From: Armatimonadota bacterium
GTDB lineage: Bacteria; Armatimonadota; Fimbriimonadia; Fimbriimonadales; GBS-DC
Assembly: GCA_037444405.1 (NCBI GenBank)
Contig: JBBIML010000007.1
Coordinates: 180,674-244,673, forward strand
DNA: 64,000 nucleotides
Direction of reading: 5' to 3'
The notes under the pieces were generated by a model. The model was not told where the DNA came from and did not search any database. It saw only the letters and a list, made by a program, of their open reading frames with translations. Of this stretch, positions 1 to 11,205 are shown one piece after another (within the stretch, counting starts at the first letter, position 1; every line of letters begins with the position of its first letter). Made by a program: the position numbers and the translations under genes.

Positions 1-216
1 GCTGAACATCGCATCGAGCTGGACGAGACGGGCAGCACCGTGTGGAGCCTGTGCGACGGTCAGCACAGCGTGGACGCGATTGCGCAGCGGTTGGTGCGCC
101 ACTACAAACTGGAGCGGCGCGAAGCCGAGTACGCGCTGTTCGCCTTCCTCAACACGCTGGTGCGACGCGGGTTCGTCGCATATACGAATCCATCTAACAG
201 GCGCAGGAGGCGATAG
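1..216 (+). CDS. PqqD-like (RRE/winged-helix) small protein, 5'-truncated by the window edge
   Basis: Frame 1 reads ...IELDETGSTVWSLCDGQHSVDAIAQRLVRHYKLERREAEYALFAFLNTLVRRGFV, matching the PqqD-type LDxxGxxVWxLCDGxxSV pattern; TAG ends at 216. Confidence 0.7.
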   Translation, partial: AEHRIELDETGSTVWSLCDGQHSVDAIAQRLVRHYKLERREAEYALFAFLNTLVRRGFVAYTNPSNRRRRR

Positions 217-219
217 ACG

Positions 220-846
220 ATGAGCATGACCCAGACGGGCAGAGGCGCGATTCGCCGGCAGGTGCAGTTGCCCCTGTCGGTGGCGTTCCGCATCAGCCTG
301 CTGAACATTCGGGTGCGGTTCCTGCGCTCGCTGATTACGGCGGCAGGCGTGATGCTGGGAATCGCGCTCTTCACTGCTGTTCGCAGTGCCAACCTCTACG
401 CGCCCCCTGCCGACCTCAATGACCCCGCCGCGCTGGAGACCGCCACGCGCCAGACCTGGCTGGTGGTGATGAGCCTCGTGCTGTCGGCGGTCGGCATCAC
501 CAACTCGATGCTGATGGCGGTTGCCGAGCGCTTTCGCGAGATTGGCACGATGAAGTGCCTCGGTGCGCTCGATTCGTTTATTGTGAAGCTCTTCTTTATT
601 GAGGCGGGGCTGATGGGCGTCGTGGCGTCGGTGGCAGGCTCAGCGATGGGCTGGGGGCTGATCACGCTCCTGACCCTGTTTCGGCAGGGTGTGGGAGCGA
701 TCACGGCGGTCAGCCCGCTAATGTGGCTGGTGCTGTTTCTGCAGGCGATGGGCATCGGGGTCGTGCTGACGGTGGTGGCGACCATCCTGCCCGCCTATCG
801 CGCCGCCAAGATGCCGCCCGCCGCCGCCCTGCGCGTGGAAGTGTGA
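220..846 (+). CDS. FtsX-like ABC transporter permease (compact, little extracytoplasmic domain)
   Basis: GITNSMLMAVAERFREIGTMKCLGA and PAYRAAKMPPAAALR motifs; 4 hydrophobic segments. Confidence 0.85.
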   Translation: MSMTQTGRGAIRRQVQLPLSVAFRISLLNIRVRFLRSLITAAGVMLGIALFTAVRSANLYAPPADLNDPAALETATRQTWLVVMSLVLSAVGITNSMLMAVAERFREIGTMKCLGALDSFIVKLFFIEAGLMGVVASVAGSAMGWGLITLLTLFRQGVGAITAVSPLMWLVLFLQAMGIGVVLTVVATILPAYRAAKMPPAAALRVEV

Positions 847-887
847 ACATCCCTCTTGACAGCGCACCCATCGGGTATACTCTTGGC

Positions 888-973
888 GCGTATCGGAGGG
901 CGCCTACGCTGTCATTTTGGGCAGGGGGTGCAGCGCCCGTTGCCCCAAATGACAGTGTATCCCTCCGATACGC
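888..973 (+). promoter_or_regulatory. Structured rpsO 5' leader (long irregular hairpin)
   Basis: 888-900 GCGTATCGGAGGG pairs with 961-973 CCCTCCGATACGC; 909-917 pairs with 947-955; TTGACA (856) and TATACT (876) lie upstream. Confidence 0.55.
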
Positions 974-1008
974 AACAGGCAAAACGCATGCGACGGAGGT
1001 ATCAAACT

Positions 1009-1284
1009 ATGCCGTTAACACCAGAGGAGAAGCAGCAGATTATTGAAGCGTATCGGCGTCACGAAGGCGACACAGGTTCGCCCGAAGTGCAGATCGCGCT
1101 GCTTACGGCGCGAATCAACTATCTGACCGAGCATCTGAAGAAGCACCGCAAGGACTTCCACTCGCGGCGCGGGCTGGTGATGCTCGTCAATCAGCGGCGC
1201 CAGCTGCTCAACTATCTGGCGAAGCAAGACATCCAGCGCTATCGTGCCCTGGTGGAGAAGCTGGGGCTGCGAGCGCAATATTGA
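1009..1284 (+). CDS. rpsO: 30S ribosomal protein S15
   Basis: [13 protein letters not shown]...HKDxHSRRGL-type motifs; GGAGG RBS before ATG 1009. Confidence 0.98.
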   Translation: MPLTPEEKQQIIEAYRRHEGDTGSPEVQIALLTARINYLTEHLKKHRKDFHSRRGLVMLVNQRRQLLNYLAKQDIQRYRALVEKLGLRAQY

Positions 1285-1299
1285 CAGGGAGGTTAAATC

Positions 1300-3588
1300 A
1301 TGATGGACTACGGTTTTGTATCCGCCGAGATTGGCGGACGCACGCTCTCGCTGGAGACAGGGCTGCTGGCACGCCAGGCGACCAGCGCGGTTGTCGTGCG
1401 CTACGGCGACACGGTGGTGCTGGTCACCGCCACGATGAGCGCGCACGCCCGCACCGATATCGACTTCTTCCCGCTGGTGGTCGACTTCGAGGAGCGCAAA
1501 TACGCTGTCGGGAAGATTCCGGGCGGCTTTGTGAAGCGGGGCGGACGCCCCTCCGACGAATCGATTGTGCAGGGGCGACTGGTCGATCGCGCCATTCGCC
1601 CGCTCTTCCCGAAAGGGATGCGCAACGAGGTGCAGGTGGTGGTGCTACCCCTCTCGGTCGATTTTGATCATCCGCCCGCCGTGCTGGGGCTGATCGGCGC
1701 GTCGGCGGCGCTCACCATCTCGCCCATCCCATGGAACGGACCCTTAGGCGCGGTGCGTGTCGGCTATGTGGACGGCGAGCTCGTCATCAATCCCACCAGC
1801 GACCTCACCGAGCGCTCCGCGCTCGAACTGGTGGTCGCCAGCCGACCCGACCATGTGATGATGATCGAAGCGGACGCCGATCAAATCCCCGAAGAGCTGA
1901 TGATGCAGGCGATAGACCTCGCGCACGCGGAGAACCAGAAGGTGATTGCGCTGATAGAGGAGTTGCGCCAGCAGGTGGGCAAGCCGAAGGCGGAACTGAC
2001 CTTCTATCTGGTCAGCTCCGAGCTGAAGCAGGCGGTGCGCGACTTCGCGGGCGAGAGCCTGCGCGAAGCCATTCTGAACCCCGATAAGGTCGCCCGTGAA
2101 GCGGGGCTGCAGCAGCTCAAAGAGGAGATTGTCACGCAGATGAACACCCCGCCCGACCCCGAATCGCCACCCCCCTACGAGGGGCGCGAGCTGGAGCTTT
2201 CGATGGCGGTCGATGAGGTCATCAAGGAGCAGGTGCGCCAGATGATCCTGGAGGAGGGTCGACGCCCTGATGGGCGCGCTCCGCACGAGATTCGCGAAAT
2301 CCGCTGCGCCGTCGGCTTGCTACCCCGCACGCATGGCAGCGGACTGTTCCAGCGCGGGCAAACCCAGGTGCTGACCACCTGCACGCTCGGCGCCCTGCAG
2401 GAAGCCCAGATTCTCGACGCGCTCACCGAAGAGGAGACCAAACGCTACATGCACTTCTACAACTTCCCGCCGTTCAGCGTCGGTGAAGTGCGCCCGATGC
2501 GTGGTCCGGGGCGGCGCGAGATCGGGCACGGCATGCTCGCCGAGCGCGCGCTGGCACGCATGATCCCCTCCGAAGAGGAGTTCCCATATGCCATCCTGCT
2601 CTATTCGGAGGTGCTGGAATCGAACGGTTCCACCTCGATGGCGAGCGTGTGTGGTAGCACGCTGGCGCTGATGGACGCGGGTGTGCCTATCAAGGCGCCC
2701 GTCGCCGGCATCGCCACCGGACTGGTGTTCGAAAGCGAAGACCGCTATGTGCTGCTGACCGACATCCAGGGCATGGAGGACGCCTGTGGCGACATGGACT
2801 TCAAGGTGGCGGGCACGGAACAGGGCATCACCGCCATCCAGTTAGACCTCAAGATTCCCGGACTGCCGCGCAATCTGATCGCCGAGACCCTGCAACGGGC
2901 GCGAGAGGCACGCCTGTTCATCCTGCAGAAGATGCTGGAGGTCATCCCGGCGCCGCGACCCGAAATCTCGCCGCGCGCCCCGCGAATCTTCATCATGGAG
3001 ATCAATCCCGACAAGATTGGCGATGTGATTGGTCCGGGCGGGCGCACCATCAAAAAGATTACCGCCGAGACAGGCGCGCAGATACAGATTGAGCAGACGG
3101 GCAAAATCTTTATCGCGGCGCCCGATGGCGAGTCGGGCGAGCGCGCCCGCCAGATGATCGAAGCGCTGACCAAAGAGGTGGCGGTCGGCGAGGTCTATCT
3201 GGGGCGTGTGACGCGCCTGATGTCGCGCGGCGCGTTCGTGGAGGTGCTGCCCGGTAAGGAGGGTCTTGTTGAACTGCGCGATTTGACCGATCGGCGCATC
3301 AGTCGCCCCGATGAGGTGGTCAAGGTGGGCGATCTGCTGCGCGTGCGCGTGAAGGAGATTGACAGCCTCGGGCGGGTCAATCTGACCGCGCGGGGGCTGG
3401 AACAGCCCCTTGAAACGCTCAGGAGTGGTGGTGGGAGCGAACCCCAGCGCGCCGCCACCGGCGGTCCGCCACCCGGGCGCCCACAGCGACCCGCGCCACC
3501 ACGACCACCGCGCGAGGAACCGCGCAGGGAGCGCAAACCGGAACCACCCGAAGATCTGCCCAAACCCCAGTTCCGACCGAAACGGTAA
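1300..3588 (+). CDS. pnp: Polyribonucleotide nucleotidyltransferase
   Basis: GKIPGGF, RREIGHG, SNGSTSMAS, GDMDFKVAGT motifs, KH and S1 domains; follows rpsO. Confidence 0.98.
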   Translation: MMDYGFVSAEIGGRTLSLETGLLARQATSAVVVRYGDTVVLVTATMSAHARTDIDFFPLVVDFEERKYAVGKIPGGFVKRGGRPSDESIVQGRLVDRAIRPLFPKGMRNEVQVVVLPLSVDFDHPPAVLGLIGASAALTISPIPWNGPLGAVRVGYVDGELVINPTSDLTERSALELVVASRPDHVMMIEADADQIPEELMMQAIDLAHAENQKVIALIEELRQQVGKPKAELTFYLVSSELKQAVRDFAGESLREAILNPDKVAREAGLQQLKEEIVTQMNTPPDPESPPPYEGRELELSMAVDEVIKEQVRQMILEEGRRPDGRAPHEIREIRCAVGLLPRTHGSGLFQRGQTQVLTTCTLGALQEAQILDALTEEETKRYMHFYNFPPFSVGEVRPMRGPGRREIGHGMLAERALARMIPSEEEFPYAILLYSEVLESNGSTSMASVCGSTLALMDAGVPIKAPVAGIATGLVFESEDRYVLLTDIQGMEDACGDMDFKVAGTEQGITAIQLDLKIPGLPRNLIAETLQRAREARLFILQKMLEVIPAPRPEISPRAPRIFIMEINPDKIGDVIGPGGRTIKKITAETGAQIQIEQTGKIFIAAPDGESGERARQMIEALTKEVAVGEVYLGRVTRLMSRGAFVEVLPGKEGLVELRDLTDRRISRPDEVVKVGDLLRVRVKEIDSLGRVNLTARGLEQPLETLRSGGGSEPQRAATGGPPPGRPQRPAPPRPPREEPRRERKPEPPEDLPKPQFRPKR

Positions 3589-3598
3589 ACCGCCAGCA

Positions 3599-3634
3599 CC
3601 CTCTCCCCTCTGGGGAGAGGGTACGGGTGAGGGG
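3599..3634. repeat. Palindromic element, CCCTCTCCC...GGGAGAGGG family
   Basis: ccctctcccc-tct-ggggagaggg followed by tacgggtgagggg; family copies occur elsewhere in the window. Confidence 0.85.
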
Positions 3635-3668
3635 CAATAAGCAACGATGCGAGGAGGTGAAGATAAAA

Positions 3669-4631
3669 ATGGATCGTAATCTCGGCATGGACTTTGTGCG
3701 GGTGACGGAGGCGGCAGCGCTCAGCGCAGGGCGCTGGGTGGGCAAGGGCGACCGCCACGCCGTCGATCAGGCTGCCTGCGAAGCAATGCGCCGCGCCCTC
3801 AACGATGTCGATATGCGCGGCGTCGTCGTGATTGGTGAAGGTGAGCGCGATGAAGCGCCCATGCTCTATATCGGCGAGGAACTCGGCACGGGCAACGGCT
3901 ACCGTGTGCAGATTGCCGTCGACCCCGTTGAAGGCACCAATCTGGTCGCCAACGGCATGCCCGGCGCCATCAGCGTGATTGCTGCTGCGCTGGAGGGCGA
4001 GGGGCGACTCCTGCACGCTCCCGACATCTATATGGACAAGCTTGTGGTGGGTCCCGCCGCCAAAGGCGCCGTCGACATCACGCTACCGCCCCGCATGAAT
4101 CTCAAAGTGATTGCCAAAAGTCTGGGCAAGGAGATTCAGGATTTGACGGTTGGCATGCTGGATCGCCCGCGCCATGAGCAACTGATTCGGGAGATTCGCT
4201 CGGCGGGTGCGCGCATTCGGCTGGTCTCGGATGGCGACCTCTCGCTGGCGCTGGAGGCGCTCGATCCCAACGGCGAGATCGATGTGCTGATGGGTATCGG
4301 TGGCGCGCCGGAGGGCGTGCTGTCAGCCGCCGCCGCGCTCTGCATGGGCGGCGAGATGCAGGCGCGGCTCGTGTTTCGCAACGAGCAGGAGCGCGAGCGT
4401 GCCCGCCAGCTGCTCGGCACCGACGATGTGGAGCGCGTGCTGACCCTTGAGGACCTGGCGTGGGGCAATGTGGTGTTCGTGGCGACGGGCATCACGGGCG
4501 GCAACCTGCTCGGCGGCGTGCGCTACACCGGCTGGGGTGCCATCACCCACTCGGTCGTGATGCGCTCGCGCAGCGGCACCATCCGCTGGCTCACCACCCA
4601 CCACCACTTCCATCACGACCCACGCTATTGA
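3669..4631 (+). CDS. glpX: Fructose-1,6-bisphosphatase class II
   Basis: RVTEAAA, VVIGEGERDEAPMLYIGE, DPVEGT, GGAPEGVL motifs. Confidence 0.97.
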   Translation: MDRNLGMDFVRVTEAAALSAGRWVGKGDRHAVDQAACEAMRRALNDVDMRGVVVIGEGERDEAPMLYIGEELGTGNGYRVQIAVDPVEGTNLVANGMPGAISVIAAALEGEGRLLHAPDIYMDKLVVGPAAKGAVDITLPPRMNLKVIAKSLGKEIQDLTVGMLDRPRHEQLIREIRSAGARIRLVSDGDLSLALEALDPNGEIDVLMGIGGAPEGVLSAAAALCMGGEMQARLVFRNEQERERARQLLGTDDVERVLTLEDLAWGNVVFVATGITGGNLLGGVRYTGWGAITHSVVMRSRSGTIRWLTTHHHFHHDPRY

Positions 4632-4639
4632 GAGAATAG

Positions 4640-4750
4640 CCCTCAACCTGTACCCTCTCCCGCGCTGGGGGAGAGGGCGGAAGGCGGTGCTACCCGTGCA
4701 GGGGCGCGGTGACCGCGCCCCTACCCATCTCTCCCCAGCAGGGGAACGGG
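4640..4750. repeat. Composite repeat cluster: CCCTCTCCC palindrome, GTAG-type REP hairpin and a degenerate palindrome
   Basis: 4653-4677 palindrome; 4700-4724 reads GTAGGGGCGCGGTCACCGCGCCCCT on the minus strand. Confidence 0.75.
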
Positions 4751-4763
4751 TACTCTCGAATGG

Positions 4764-5462
4764 ATGCAGGCGCGCACGGGATTCACCCTGATCGAGCTGC
4801 TGGTCGTGATTGCGATTATCGCGATTCTGGCGGCGTTGCTGTTTCCTGTGCTGGCGCAGGCGCGAGAGAGCGCGCGCCAGAGCGTATGCGGACAGCACCT
4901 GCGCCAGATCGGGCAGGCGCTATGGCTCTACCTGCAGGATTACGACGACCGCCTGCCCGATCGGCGCGATTTGAAGCTGAGCCTGCCCGGCGGCTATCGC
5001 CCCTGGAGCGGCTGGCCGCCGTCCGACCCGCGCTGTGGCTGGGCGGCGCTGGTGCTGATGCCCTATGCGCACGAGATTGCTCTCTGGTCGTGTCCCAGTG
5101 TTCGCGGCAGCGCGCTGGGCGAAGCGGTGCAGGTGAAACAGCTCATCGATGCGCTTGCGCCTGAGCATGCCACTCGCTACTGGATGTGGCGATTCGACCG
5201 CCCCGACGATCCTGTTCCGCCCGACAACTTCTGGGGCAAGACGCCCGACCAGGCGGTTGCTGACCTGCAGGCGAACCCCAGCTCGCAGTACGAGTCGCCT
5301 GCTGGCGTCAGCGATGTGGAGCTGGTGCTTGACCCTTATTTCCCGCGCACCATCGGCAGCATCCCTGCGGAGCTGCGGGGCAAAGCGGTGCATCGGGGTG
5401 GACGCAACCGCCTCTTTCTGGACGGGCATATTCGCTGGCGACGCGACATCCGCACCGATTGA
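4764..5462 (+). CDS. Prepilin-type N-terminal cleavage/methylation protein with H-X9-DG domain (DUF1559-like)
   Basis: [24 protein letters not shown] start; [13 protein letters not shown] near the C-terminus. Confidence 0.9.
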   Translation: MQARTGFTLIELLVVIAIIAILAALLFPVLAQARESARQSVCGQHLRQIGQALWLYLQDYDDRLPDRRDLKLSLPGGYRPWSGWPPSDPRCGWAALVLMPYAHEIALWSCPSVRGSALGEAVQVKQLIDALAPEHATRYWMWRFDRPDDPVPPDNFWGKTPDQAVADLQANPSSQYESPAGVSDVELVLDPYFPRTIGSIPAELRGKAVHRGGRNRLFLDGHIRWRRDIRTD

Positions 5463-5469
5463 ACCCCTT

Positions 5470-6177
5470 CTAACGCTGGAACAGCCCCAGCTGCACTGCC
5501 AGCCCGATGGCGCCGAACACCACCGCCAGCGCAATCACCACAAAGCCGCCCAGCACCGAGCCGCGCACAATCGCAATCACGCCACACAGAAAGGCGAGCG
5601 GCGCCAGGCACGGCGGGCACAGACCACCCAGCACCGATAGCAGAAGCCCCATCACCACCCAGCCCGTGCCGTCGCTGCTGGCGGCAGTCGGCGGCAGCAC
5701 CACATTTGTAGGTGGCGTGCCCGCAGGCGGCAGTGAAGTGCCCCCTGACGGATAAGGCGAACGAATGGGGGGCAGTGAGGGGCTGCCAGCGGGGTAAGGC
5801 GTGCCCATAGGCGATGGGGGCAGCTGCCCCAGCGCGCGGCGCAAGCCGTCCGCCGCCACCTGCGCCGCCGTCAGCGTCGGGTCCAGACGCGCCGCCTGCT
5901 CATACGCCCGTATCGCCTCCGGGTAGCGACCCTGCTGATGCAAAAACGCGCCCCAGTTGTAAAACGCATAGGCGTCGCCGGGATTACAGCGCAGCGCATC
6001 CAGAAAGTGGCGTTCGGCGCGAGCTGTATCGCCCTGCGATGCCAGCGCAATCGCCAGACAGAGATGCAGATGCCCGTCCTGCGGGTTCATCCGCAACGCC
6101 TGCTCCAGCAGCGGGATTGCGTCCGCGTAGCGCCGCTGATAGAACAGCTCGCGCCCTATCTCGCCCGGATCACGCAT
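5470..6177 (-). CDS. TPR protein with Pro-rich linker and C-terminal membrane anchor
   Basis: Three TPR-like units (AFYNWGAFLHQQGRYPEAIRAYEQAARLDP), Pro-rich spacer, hydrophobic tail. Confidence 0.8.
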   Translation of the reverse strand: MRDPGEIGRELFYQRRYADAIPLLEQALRMNPQDGHLHLCLAIALASQGDTARAERHFLDALRCNPGDAYAFYNWGAFLHQQGRYPEAIRAYEQAARLDPTLTAAQVAADGLRRALGQLPPSPMGTPYPAGSPSLPPIRSPYPSGGTSLPPAGTPPTNVVLPPTAASSDGTGWVVMGLLLSVLGGLCPPCLAPLAFLCGVIAIVRGSVLGGFVVIALAVVFGAIGLAVQLGLFQR

Positions 6178-6182
6178 TCATC

Positions 6183-7319
6183 TCACAGCAGGTCGGCGAA
6201 CACGGGCACCGAATCGCGTTGCTCCCACCGAAAGGCGGGGTTGCCAAAGTGCCCGTTCTTCGCCGTTGGCAAATATTGCGGCTTTTGCAGATCGAGGAAC
6301 CGAATAATTCCGCGCGGGCTGAGATCGAAGTTGTCCCGAATGCGACGCTCAATCTTTTCGGGGTCGACGCGGTGCGTGCCGAAGGTCTCGATCATGAGGG
6401 AGACGGGCTGCGCCACGCCAATCGCGTAGGAGATTTGCAGTTCCACCTTCTCGCACAGCCCCGCCGCCACGATGTTTTTGGCGAGATAGCGCGCCATATA
6501 GGTGGCGGAGCGGTCCACTTTGGTGGGGTCTTTGCCTGAAAACGCGCCGCCCCCGTGTCGGCAGTAGCCGCCGTAGGTGTCCACAATAATCTTGCGCCCC
6601 GTGACGCCCGTGTCCGCCTGCGGACCGCCAATCACGAACACCCCCGTCGGGTTCACATAGTAGTTTTTCACATTGATGTCCACCCGGTCGGCGAATCGGT
6701 TCAGCACGGGCTGAATCACGAACTCGATCACGCGCTCGCGCACCTCGACATGGGTGATGTCGGGGTCGTGCTGAGCGGAGATGACCACCGTCTCGATGGC
6801 TTTGGGCACGCCCTTCTCATAGGCGACGGTGACCTGCGATTTGCCGTCGGGTCGGAAGCCCAGGTCGGGTCGGGCGCGGCGCACCTCCGCCAGCTGGCGC
6901 GTGAGCGCGTGCGCAATCGTGATGGGCAGCGGCATCAGTTCAGGCGTCTCGGTGCAGGCGAAGCCGAACATCATGCCCTGATCGCCCGCGCCGCCGACAT
7001 CCACACCCTGCCCGATGTTGGGCGACTGCTCCTGAATGGCGACCATCACCCCGCAGGTGTCGCCCTCGAAGCCGTACTCGCTTTTGGTGTAGCCGACCTC
7101 ATTAATCACGCGCCGCACCACATCGGGGATTTCAACATAGGCGTGCGTGGTGATCTCGCCTGCCACGACCGCCAGCCCGCGTGTGAGCAGCGTCTCCACC
7201 GCCACGCGCGACTGCGAATCCTGCGCCAGGCACTCATCCAGCACCGCATCGCTGATCTGATCTGCCAGCTTATCCGGGTGTCCTTCCGTCACGCTCTCCG
7301 AAGTGAACAGCTGTACCAT
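6183..7319 (-). CDS. metK: S-adenosylmethionine synthetase
   Basis: [47 protein letters not shown] before ATG 7319. Confidence 0.98.
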   Translation of the reverse strand: MVQLFTSESVTEGHPDKLADQISDAVLDECLAQDSQSRVAVETLLTRGLAVVAGEITTHAYVEIPDVVRRVINEVGYTKSEYGFEGDTCGVMVAIQEQSPNIGQGVDVGGAGDQGMMFGFACTETPELMPLPITIAHALTRQLAEVRRARPDLGFRPDGKSQVTVAYEKGVPKAIETVVISAQHDPDITHVEVRERVIEFVIQPVLNRFADRVDINVKNYYVNPTGVFVIGGPQADTGVTGRKIIVDTYGGYCRHGGGAFSGKDPTKVDRSATYMARYLAKNIVAAGLCEKVELQISYAIGVAQPVSLMIETFGTHRVDPEKIERRIRDNFDLSPRGIIRFLDLQKPQYLPTAKNGHFGNPAFRWEQRDSVPVFADLL

Positions 7320-7444
7320 GCGTCTCCTCCTTAGGCTCAGATGCTTACCCTGAAAGTATACCCCACCTGTACCGAAGAGCGCGGTTGAAAACCTCCTCTC
7401 TTTCAACTAAGTCGACCTGCAGCTGACCTGCTGATGGTATTGCT

Positions 7445-7999
7445 CAGCTTTGGGAGCTGACTCAGCTGGCGGACGCTGTGCATGAGCTGACACAGGCTCA
7501 CCAGGCTGCCATTCAGCGGTTGGATCGGCTGGAGCAGAGCCATCAGGAGCTGCGCCAGAGCCATCAGGCAACCATTCAGCGACTGGATCGGCATACTGGA
7601 AATCCGCTATCAGACGCAGGGGCCTGCGTTGTTCGGGCAATATGTACGCCGACCGAAAGTGGTGGACCTCGCGCAGTTTATAAAGAGCCTGCGCGATGGG
7701 GGCACGATCTCTCGGAGGAGGAGTGGTGTGAGCTGAGCCTGATCGATTTACTGATTTCAGCGCAGCACCCTGAGACGAGGGCGCCCATCTATCTAACAGT
7801 GGAGATTTCCTGGATGCTGTTTGTGGACGATGTGGAGCGGGCGCGAGCGCGGGCGGCTATCCCGCGCCGATGGCGGTATCGATGCCTATCCTGCACGGGC
7901 GGGCGAAGGCATCATGCCCGAAGCTCGCGAGATGGTCAGTCGCCATTCGATTCTGACCATGCTCGATGGACACGCGCTAAGTAGAAAGTTAGGCGTTTG
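7445..7999 (+). pseudogene. Frameshifted coiled-coil plus nuclease-like hypothetical gene
   Basis: Protein-like segments alternate between frames: heptad repeat (IQRLDRLEQSHQELRQSHQ) / EIRYQTQGPALFGQYVRRPKVVD / DLLISAQ...LTVEISW..DDVERARARAA / GIDAYPARAGEGIMPEA. Confidence 0.6.
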
Positions 8000-8086
8000 A
8001 CAGGGCTTGTTCTTAGCTATCGGCTCATAAGCATGGTGGTTGGACTATTCTTTGAACCTGACAGCAGTACTCTTGCCGGGTTAGCA

Positions 8087-8112
8087 AGGGGGCACAGTCG
8101 GTTGTGCCCCCT
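8087..8112. repeat. REP-like hairpin between convergent genes
   Basis: AGGGGGCACA-gtcggt-TGTGCCCCCT. Confidence 0.55.
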
Positions 8113-8144
8113 GTGGAGCTGGGCGCAGCCAGAGCAGGGGGCTG

Positions 8145-8960
8145 TCAATTCCGATCTTCTGGGGGTCCCCACTCGTAGCCCCAGCAGTACCAGGTGTAGA
8201 CTGCCATCGGGTCAGGATCGTTACAGGCTGGCTCCGAGTAGTTCGGCTGGTCTCTATCTGTCGGATAAAGCATGCGATATTGATACCACTTCGAATGTCC
8301 GTCGAGGTGCAACACAACCGAGCCGTCACTATGGCGCCCTTTGAAGGCGTTGCCCAAGCGAGCCTCCCAGAACTGACGACCTGGCCACTGCATGCGGCTG
8401 GGGGGCAGATCAATCAGTGCCACTGCACGGGCAGGGCGAGTCACACGCCCCGTGTCGATCTGGGAGGGGTTATAGTTGCAATCATAAATGCCATAGCCGC
8501 ATAGACCGTTATGAACCAGGTAATCCATCGGCGGGTAGATATCGTCGAAGTAGTTCTGCCGTCCGCGTGTGGAGACGCCCAAACCGACCTGCGGATGATT
8601 GGGCGCGCGCATGTAATCGGCGTAGCCATTATCACGCTGAACCAGTTGTGCTGCTCCCTGCGCAAACGGGGACGAGGGACATCGGAAAATGTCCCGATTC
8701 TTGGTATATGGCTGGACACGCGCTGCGAACTGATAATATTCGGCAAAGCACCAGAGGGGTACCTTGTTATCGTAGTCGTTCGCATACATCAGCAACGCGG
8801 TGCCCACCTGCCGCAAATTACTGAGGCACTGGGTCTGACGCGCTTTGGCACGCGCCTGTGCGAACACGGGGAACAGGATCGCCGCCAGGATGGCGATAAT
8901 CGCGATCACGACCAGCAGCTCAATCAGGGTGAATCCCTGATGACGGTTCATTCGCTTCAT
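8145..8960 (-). CDS. Prepilin-type/H-X9-DG domain protein (DUF1559-like)
   Basis: [42 protein letters not shown]. Confidence 0.9.
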   Translation of the reverse strand: MKRMNRHQGFTLIELLVVIAIIAILAAILFPVFAQARAKARQTQCLSNLRQVGTALLMYANDYDNKVPLWCFAEYYQFAARVQPYTKNRDIFRCPSSPFAQGAAQLVQRDNGYADYMRAPNHPQVGLGVSTRGRQNYFDDIYPPMDYLVHNGLCGYGIYDCNYNPSQIDTGRVTRPARAVALIDLPPSRMQWPGRQFWEARLGNAFKGRHSDGSVVLHLDGHSKWYQYRMLYPTDRDQPNYSEPACNDPDPMAVYTWYCWGYEWGPPEDRN

Positions 8961-11101
8961 TGTTGTGGACCTCCTCTATCGTTGGACTGGGTGGGAACCA
9001 GAATGGCTCCTGAAAGGGGGGGCATCTGCAGGCTCAGTTGCCCCTTCACGGCAGGGATGTTCCCCTGTCCGAAATCGTGGGTGCCCGCCTCGATGCGCCA
9101 CTGGCTGAACCCATGCGGCGCGGACAGGCTCACCGTCTGGCTCTGCTCGCTGTTGTTGACGATCACAAGGGCGCACTCGTCAGGCAGTACGCGCGCGAAG
9201 GCGTAGAGGTTGCGAGCGTCGTCCATTAGCAGGGTCTGCCAGTCGCCGCGGCGCAGGGCGGGCGTGCGCCGGCGCACCGCAATCAGAGTTTTCACATAGT
9301 TCAGCAGGTCGCGCTCTTCCGCGTTCAGCTCCCAGCGCATCGGGCGGCGGTTATCGGGCGTGCCGCCGCCATCCATGCCGATTTCGTCGCCGTAATAGAT
9401 GGCGGGTGCGCCTATCGCTGTCATCTGGAGCAGGAAGCCCAGCTTCACACGCCGCAGGTCGCCCCCACACTCGCGGCGGAAGCGTGGCGTATCGTGGCTG
9501 CTGAGCATGTTATACATCGCAAAAAGGCTCTGGCGCGGGTAGCGAATCAGCAGATTCTGCATCCGCTGGTCAAACTGCGACGGTTGAATGCGTCGGTGCG
9601 CAATCCAGTCCAGCACCGCGCCGCGCCAGAGGTAGTTCATCACGCTGTCGAACATATCGCCCTGCAGCCAGTGCCCTGCGTCGCCCCAGATTTCGCCGAT
9701 CATCACCGCCTGCGGATTGATGCGCCGCACGATGGGGCGGAACTCGCGCCAGAAGAGGTCGGGCACCTCGTTGGGCACATCGAGCCGCCAGCCATCCAGA
9801 TTGAACTCGCGCGTCCACCGCTCCACCACATTTAGCAGATAGCGGCGCACCAGCGGGTTCTCGTGGCGCAGCTTGGGCATATAGGGAATGTTCCACCACG
9901 CCCAGTAGGGTGGGTTGCCCTCCACGCGCACGGGAAACCGCTCCACATAGAACCATTCGCGATAGGGCGACTGCTGCTGGTGCGCCAGCAAATCCTGGAA
10001 GGCGAAGAAGTGGATGCCTGCGTGATTGAAGACGCCATCGGCAATCAGGCGCATGCCGTGCTGGTGTATGGCTCCGGAGAGCTGGCGCAGGTCCGCCTCT
10101 GTGCCCAGCTGCGGGTCGACGCGCTCGTAGTCGTCCACATCGTAGTTGTGGTGGCTCACGGAGGCGAACAGAGGGTTCAGGTAGAGCGCGTCGATGCCCA
10201 GCTCGCGCAGATAGTCCAGCTTCGTTAGAATGCCTTTGAGGTCGCCCCCATAGAAGCGGTCGCCCTCGATGCGTCCTGTGAAATCGATGGGTGTCTCGTT
10301 CGGCGGGTCGTTGGACGGGTCAGCGTTGTAGAATCGGTCGGGCAGAATCTGGTAGAAGACGGCGTCCTGCACCCAGTCGGGCACCTCAAAGCGGTTCTCG
10401 CCGAGTTGGTGGCGGAATCGGCATGCAGGTGGCGGGCTGGCGGCAGGCTGTAAGCCCTTCGGCGTGAGCCACAGGCGCGTGCGTCCATCCTGCAGGCAAA
10501 ACAGATACTCCAGATTCGCTTCGGGCAGGATGGCGCGGTAGTAAGTGTAGAGCGCGTCGTGCGCTGCTGGCTCCATGCGCTGGGAGTGTTGTCGCCCGTT
10601 GCGCCAGTAAACCAGCAGCACAGACTGCAGGTCATCCTTGCGGGCGCGCAGACGCAGATAGAGTGCGCCATCGACGGGATTGCGGTCGCGCAGGTCGCCG
10701 GGGTTGTGCTGGATCGCGCTGCGGGTGATCTGTCCGTCGCCGATATGGGCGGGTCGGTTATAGCCGTCGGGTTCCACCCACACCACCGAGTTCCAGTTGC
10801 CGTTGCCGTCGTCGATGGCGGGCGCGTTTGGGTCGGTACGCCACTCGGTGCCGTTGATTACGAACTTATACTGGTGGGCGCCGGGCGGCAGTGGGAGTGT
10901 GAGCGTCCAGGTGAGTCCGCCGTCGGTGGTCTGCATCGGATGGCGACGGTACTGCCATTCGTTGAAGGTGCCTGCGAGGTACACCTGCTGGGCGGGCTGG
11001 GTCAGCACCAGTCGAAAGCGCACAGGGCGCAACGGTTCGCCTTGCGCCCAGAGCGCCATTAGCAGCCACACCATCAGCCAGCCCATCAGCGGCGTGCGCA
11101 T
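8957..11101 (-). CDS. Secreted GH13 alpha-amylase/neopullulanase-like enzyme with N-terminal CBM48
   Basis: Signal peptide, CBM48 (YLAGTFNEW...YKFVING), [22 protein letters not shown] catalytic motifs. Confidence 0.92.
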   Translation of the reverse strand: MRTPLMGWLMVWLLMALWAQGEPLRPVRFRLVLTQPAQQVYLAGTFNEWQYRRHPMQTTDGGLTWTLTLPLPPGAHQYKFVINGTEWRTDPNAPAIDDGNGNWNSVVWVEPDGYNRPAHIGDGQITRSAIQHNPGDLRDRNPVDGALYLRLRARKDDLQSVLLVYWRNGRQHSQRMEPAAHDALYTYYRAILPEANLEYLFCLQDGRTRLWLTPKGLQPAASPPPACRFRHQLGENRFEVPDWVQDAVFYQILPDRFYNADPSNDPPNETPIDFTGRIEGDRFYGGDLKGILTKLDYLRELGIDALYLNPLFASVSHHNYDVDDYERVDPQLGTEADLRQLSGAIHQHGMRLIADGVFNHAGIHFFAFQDLLAHQQQSPYREWFYVERFPVRVEGNPPYWAWWNIPYMPKLRHENPLVRRYLLNVVERWTREFNLDGWRLDVPNEVPDLFWREFRPIVRRINPQAVMIGEIWGDAGHWLQGDMFDSVMNYLWRGAVLDWIAHRRIQPSQFDQRMQNLLIRYPRQSLFAMYNMLSSHDTPRFRRECGGDLRRVKLGFLLQMTAIGAPAIYYGDEIGMDGGGTPDNRRPMRWELNAEERDLLNYVKTLIAVRRRTPALRRGDWQTLLMDDARNLYAFARVLPDECALVIVNNSEQSQTVSLSAPHGFSQWRIEAGTHDFGQGNIPAVKGQLSLQMPPLSGAILVPTQSNDRGGPQQ

Positions 11102-11205
11102 CGTCCACCTCGTTGCGGGAGCGTTCGCGCCCTCGCGCTGAGAATTCGTATTCTCACCCTCTATTATAGCACATCCGCCCCGCTGTAAAGATATTCGCTG
11201 GCGAT

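Noticed and set aside
3420..3588. Pro/Arg-rich PNPase tail as a novel domain
   Set aside because: Disordered C-terminal tails are common in PNPases
7320..7420. SAM riboswitch upstream of metK
   Set aside because: The leader after the TATACT box is only about 35 nt and I could not match any SAM-I/II/III/SAM-SAH core
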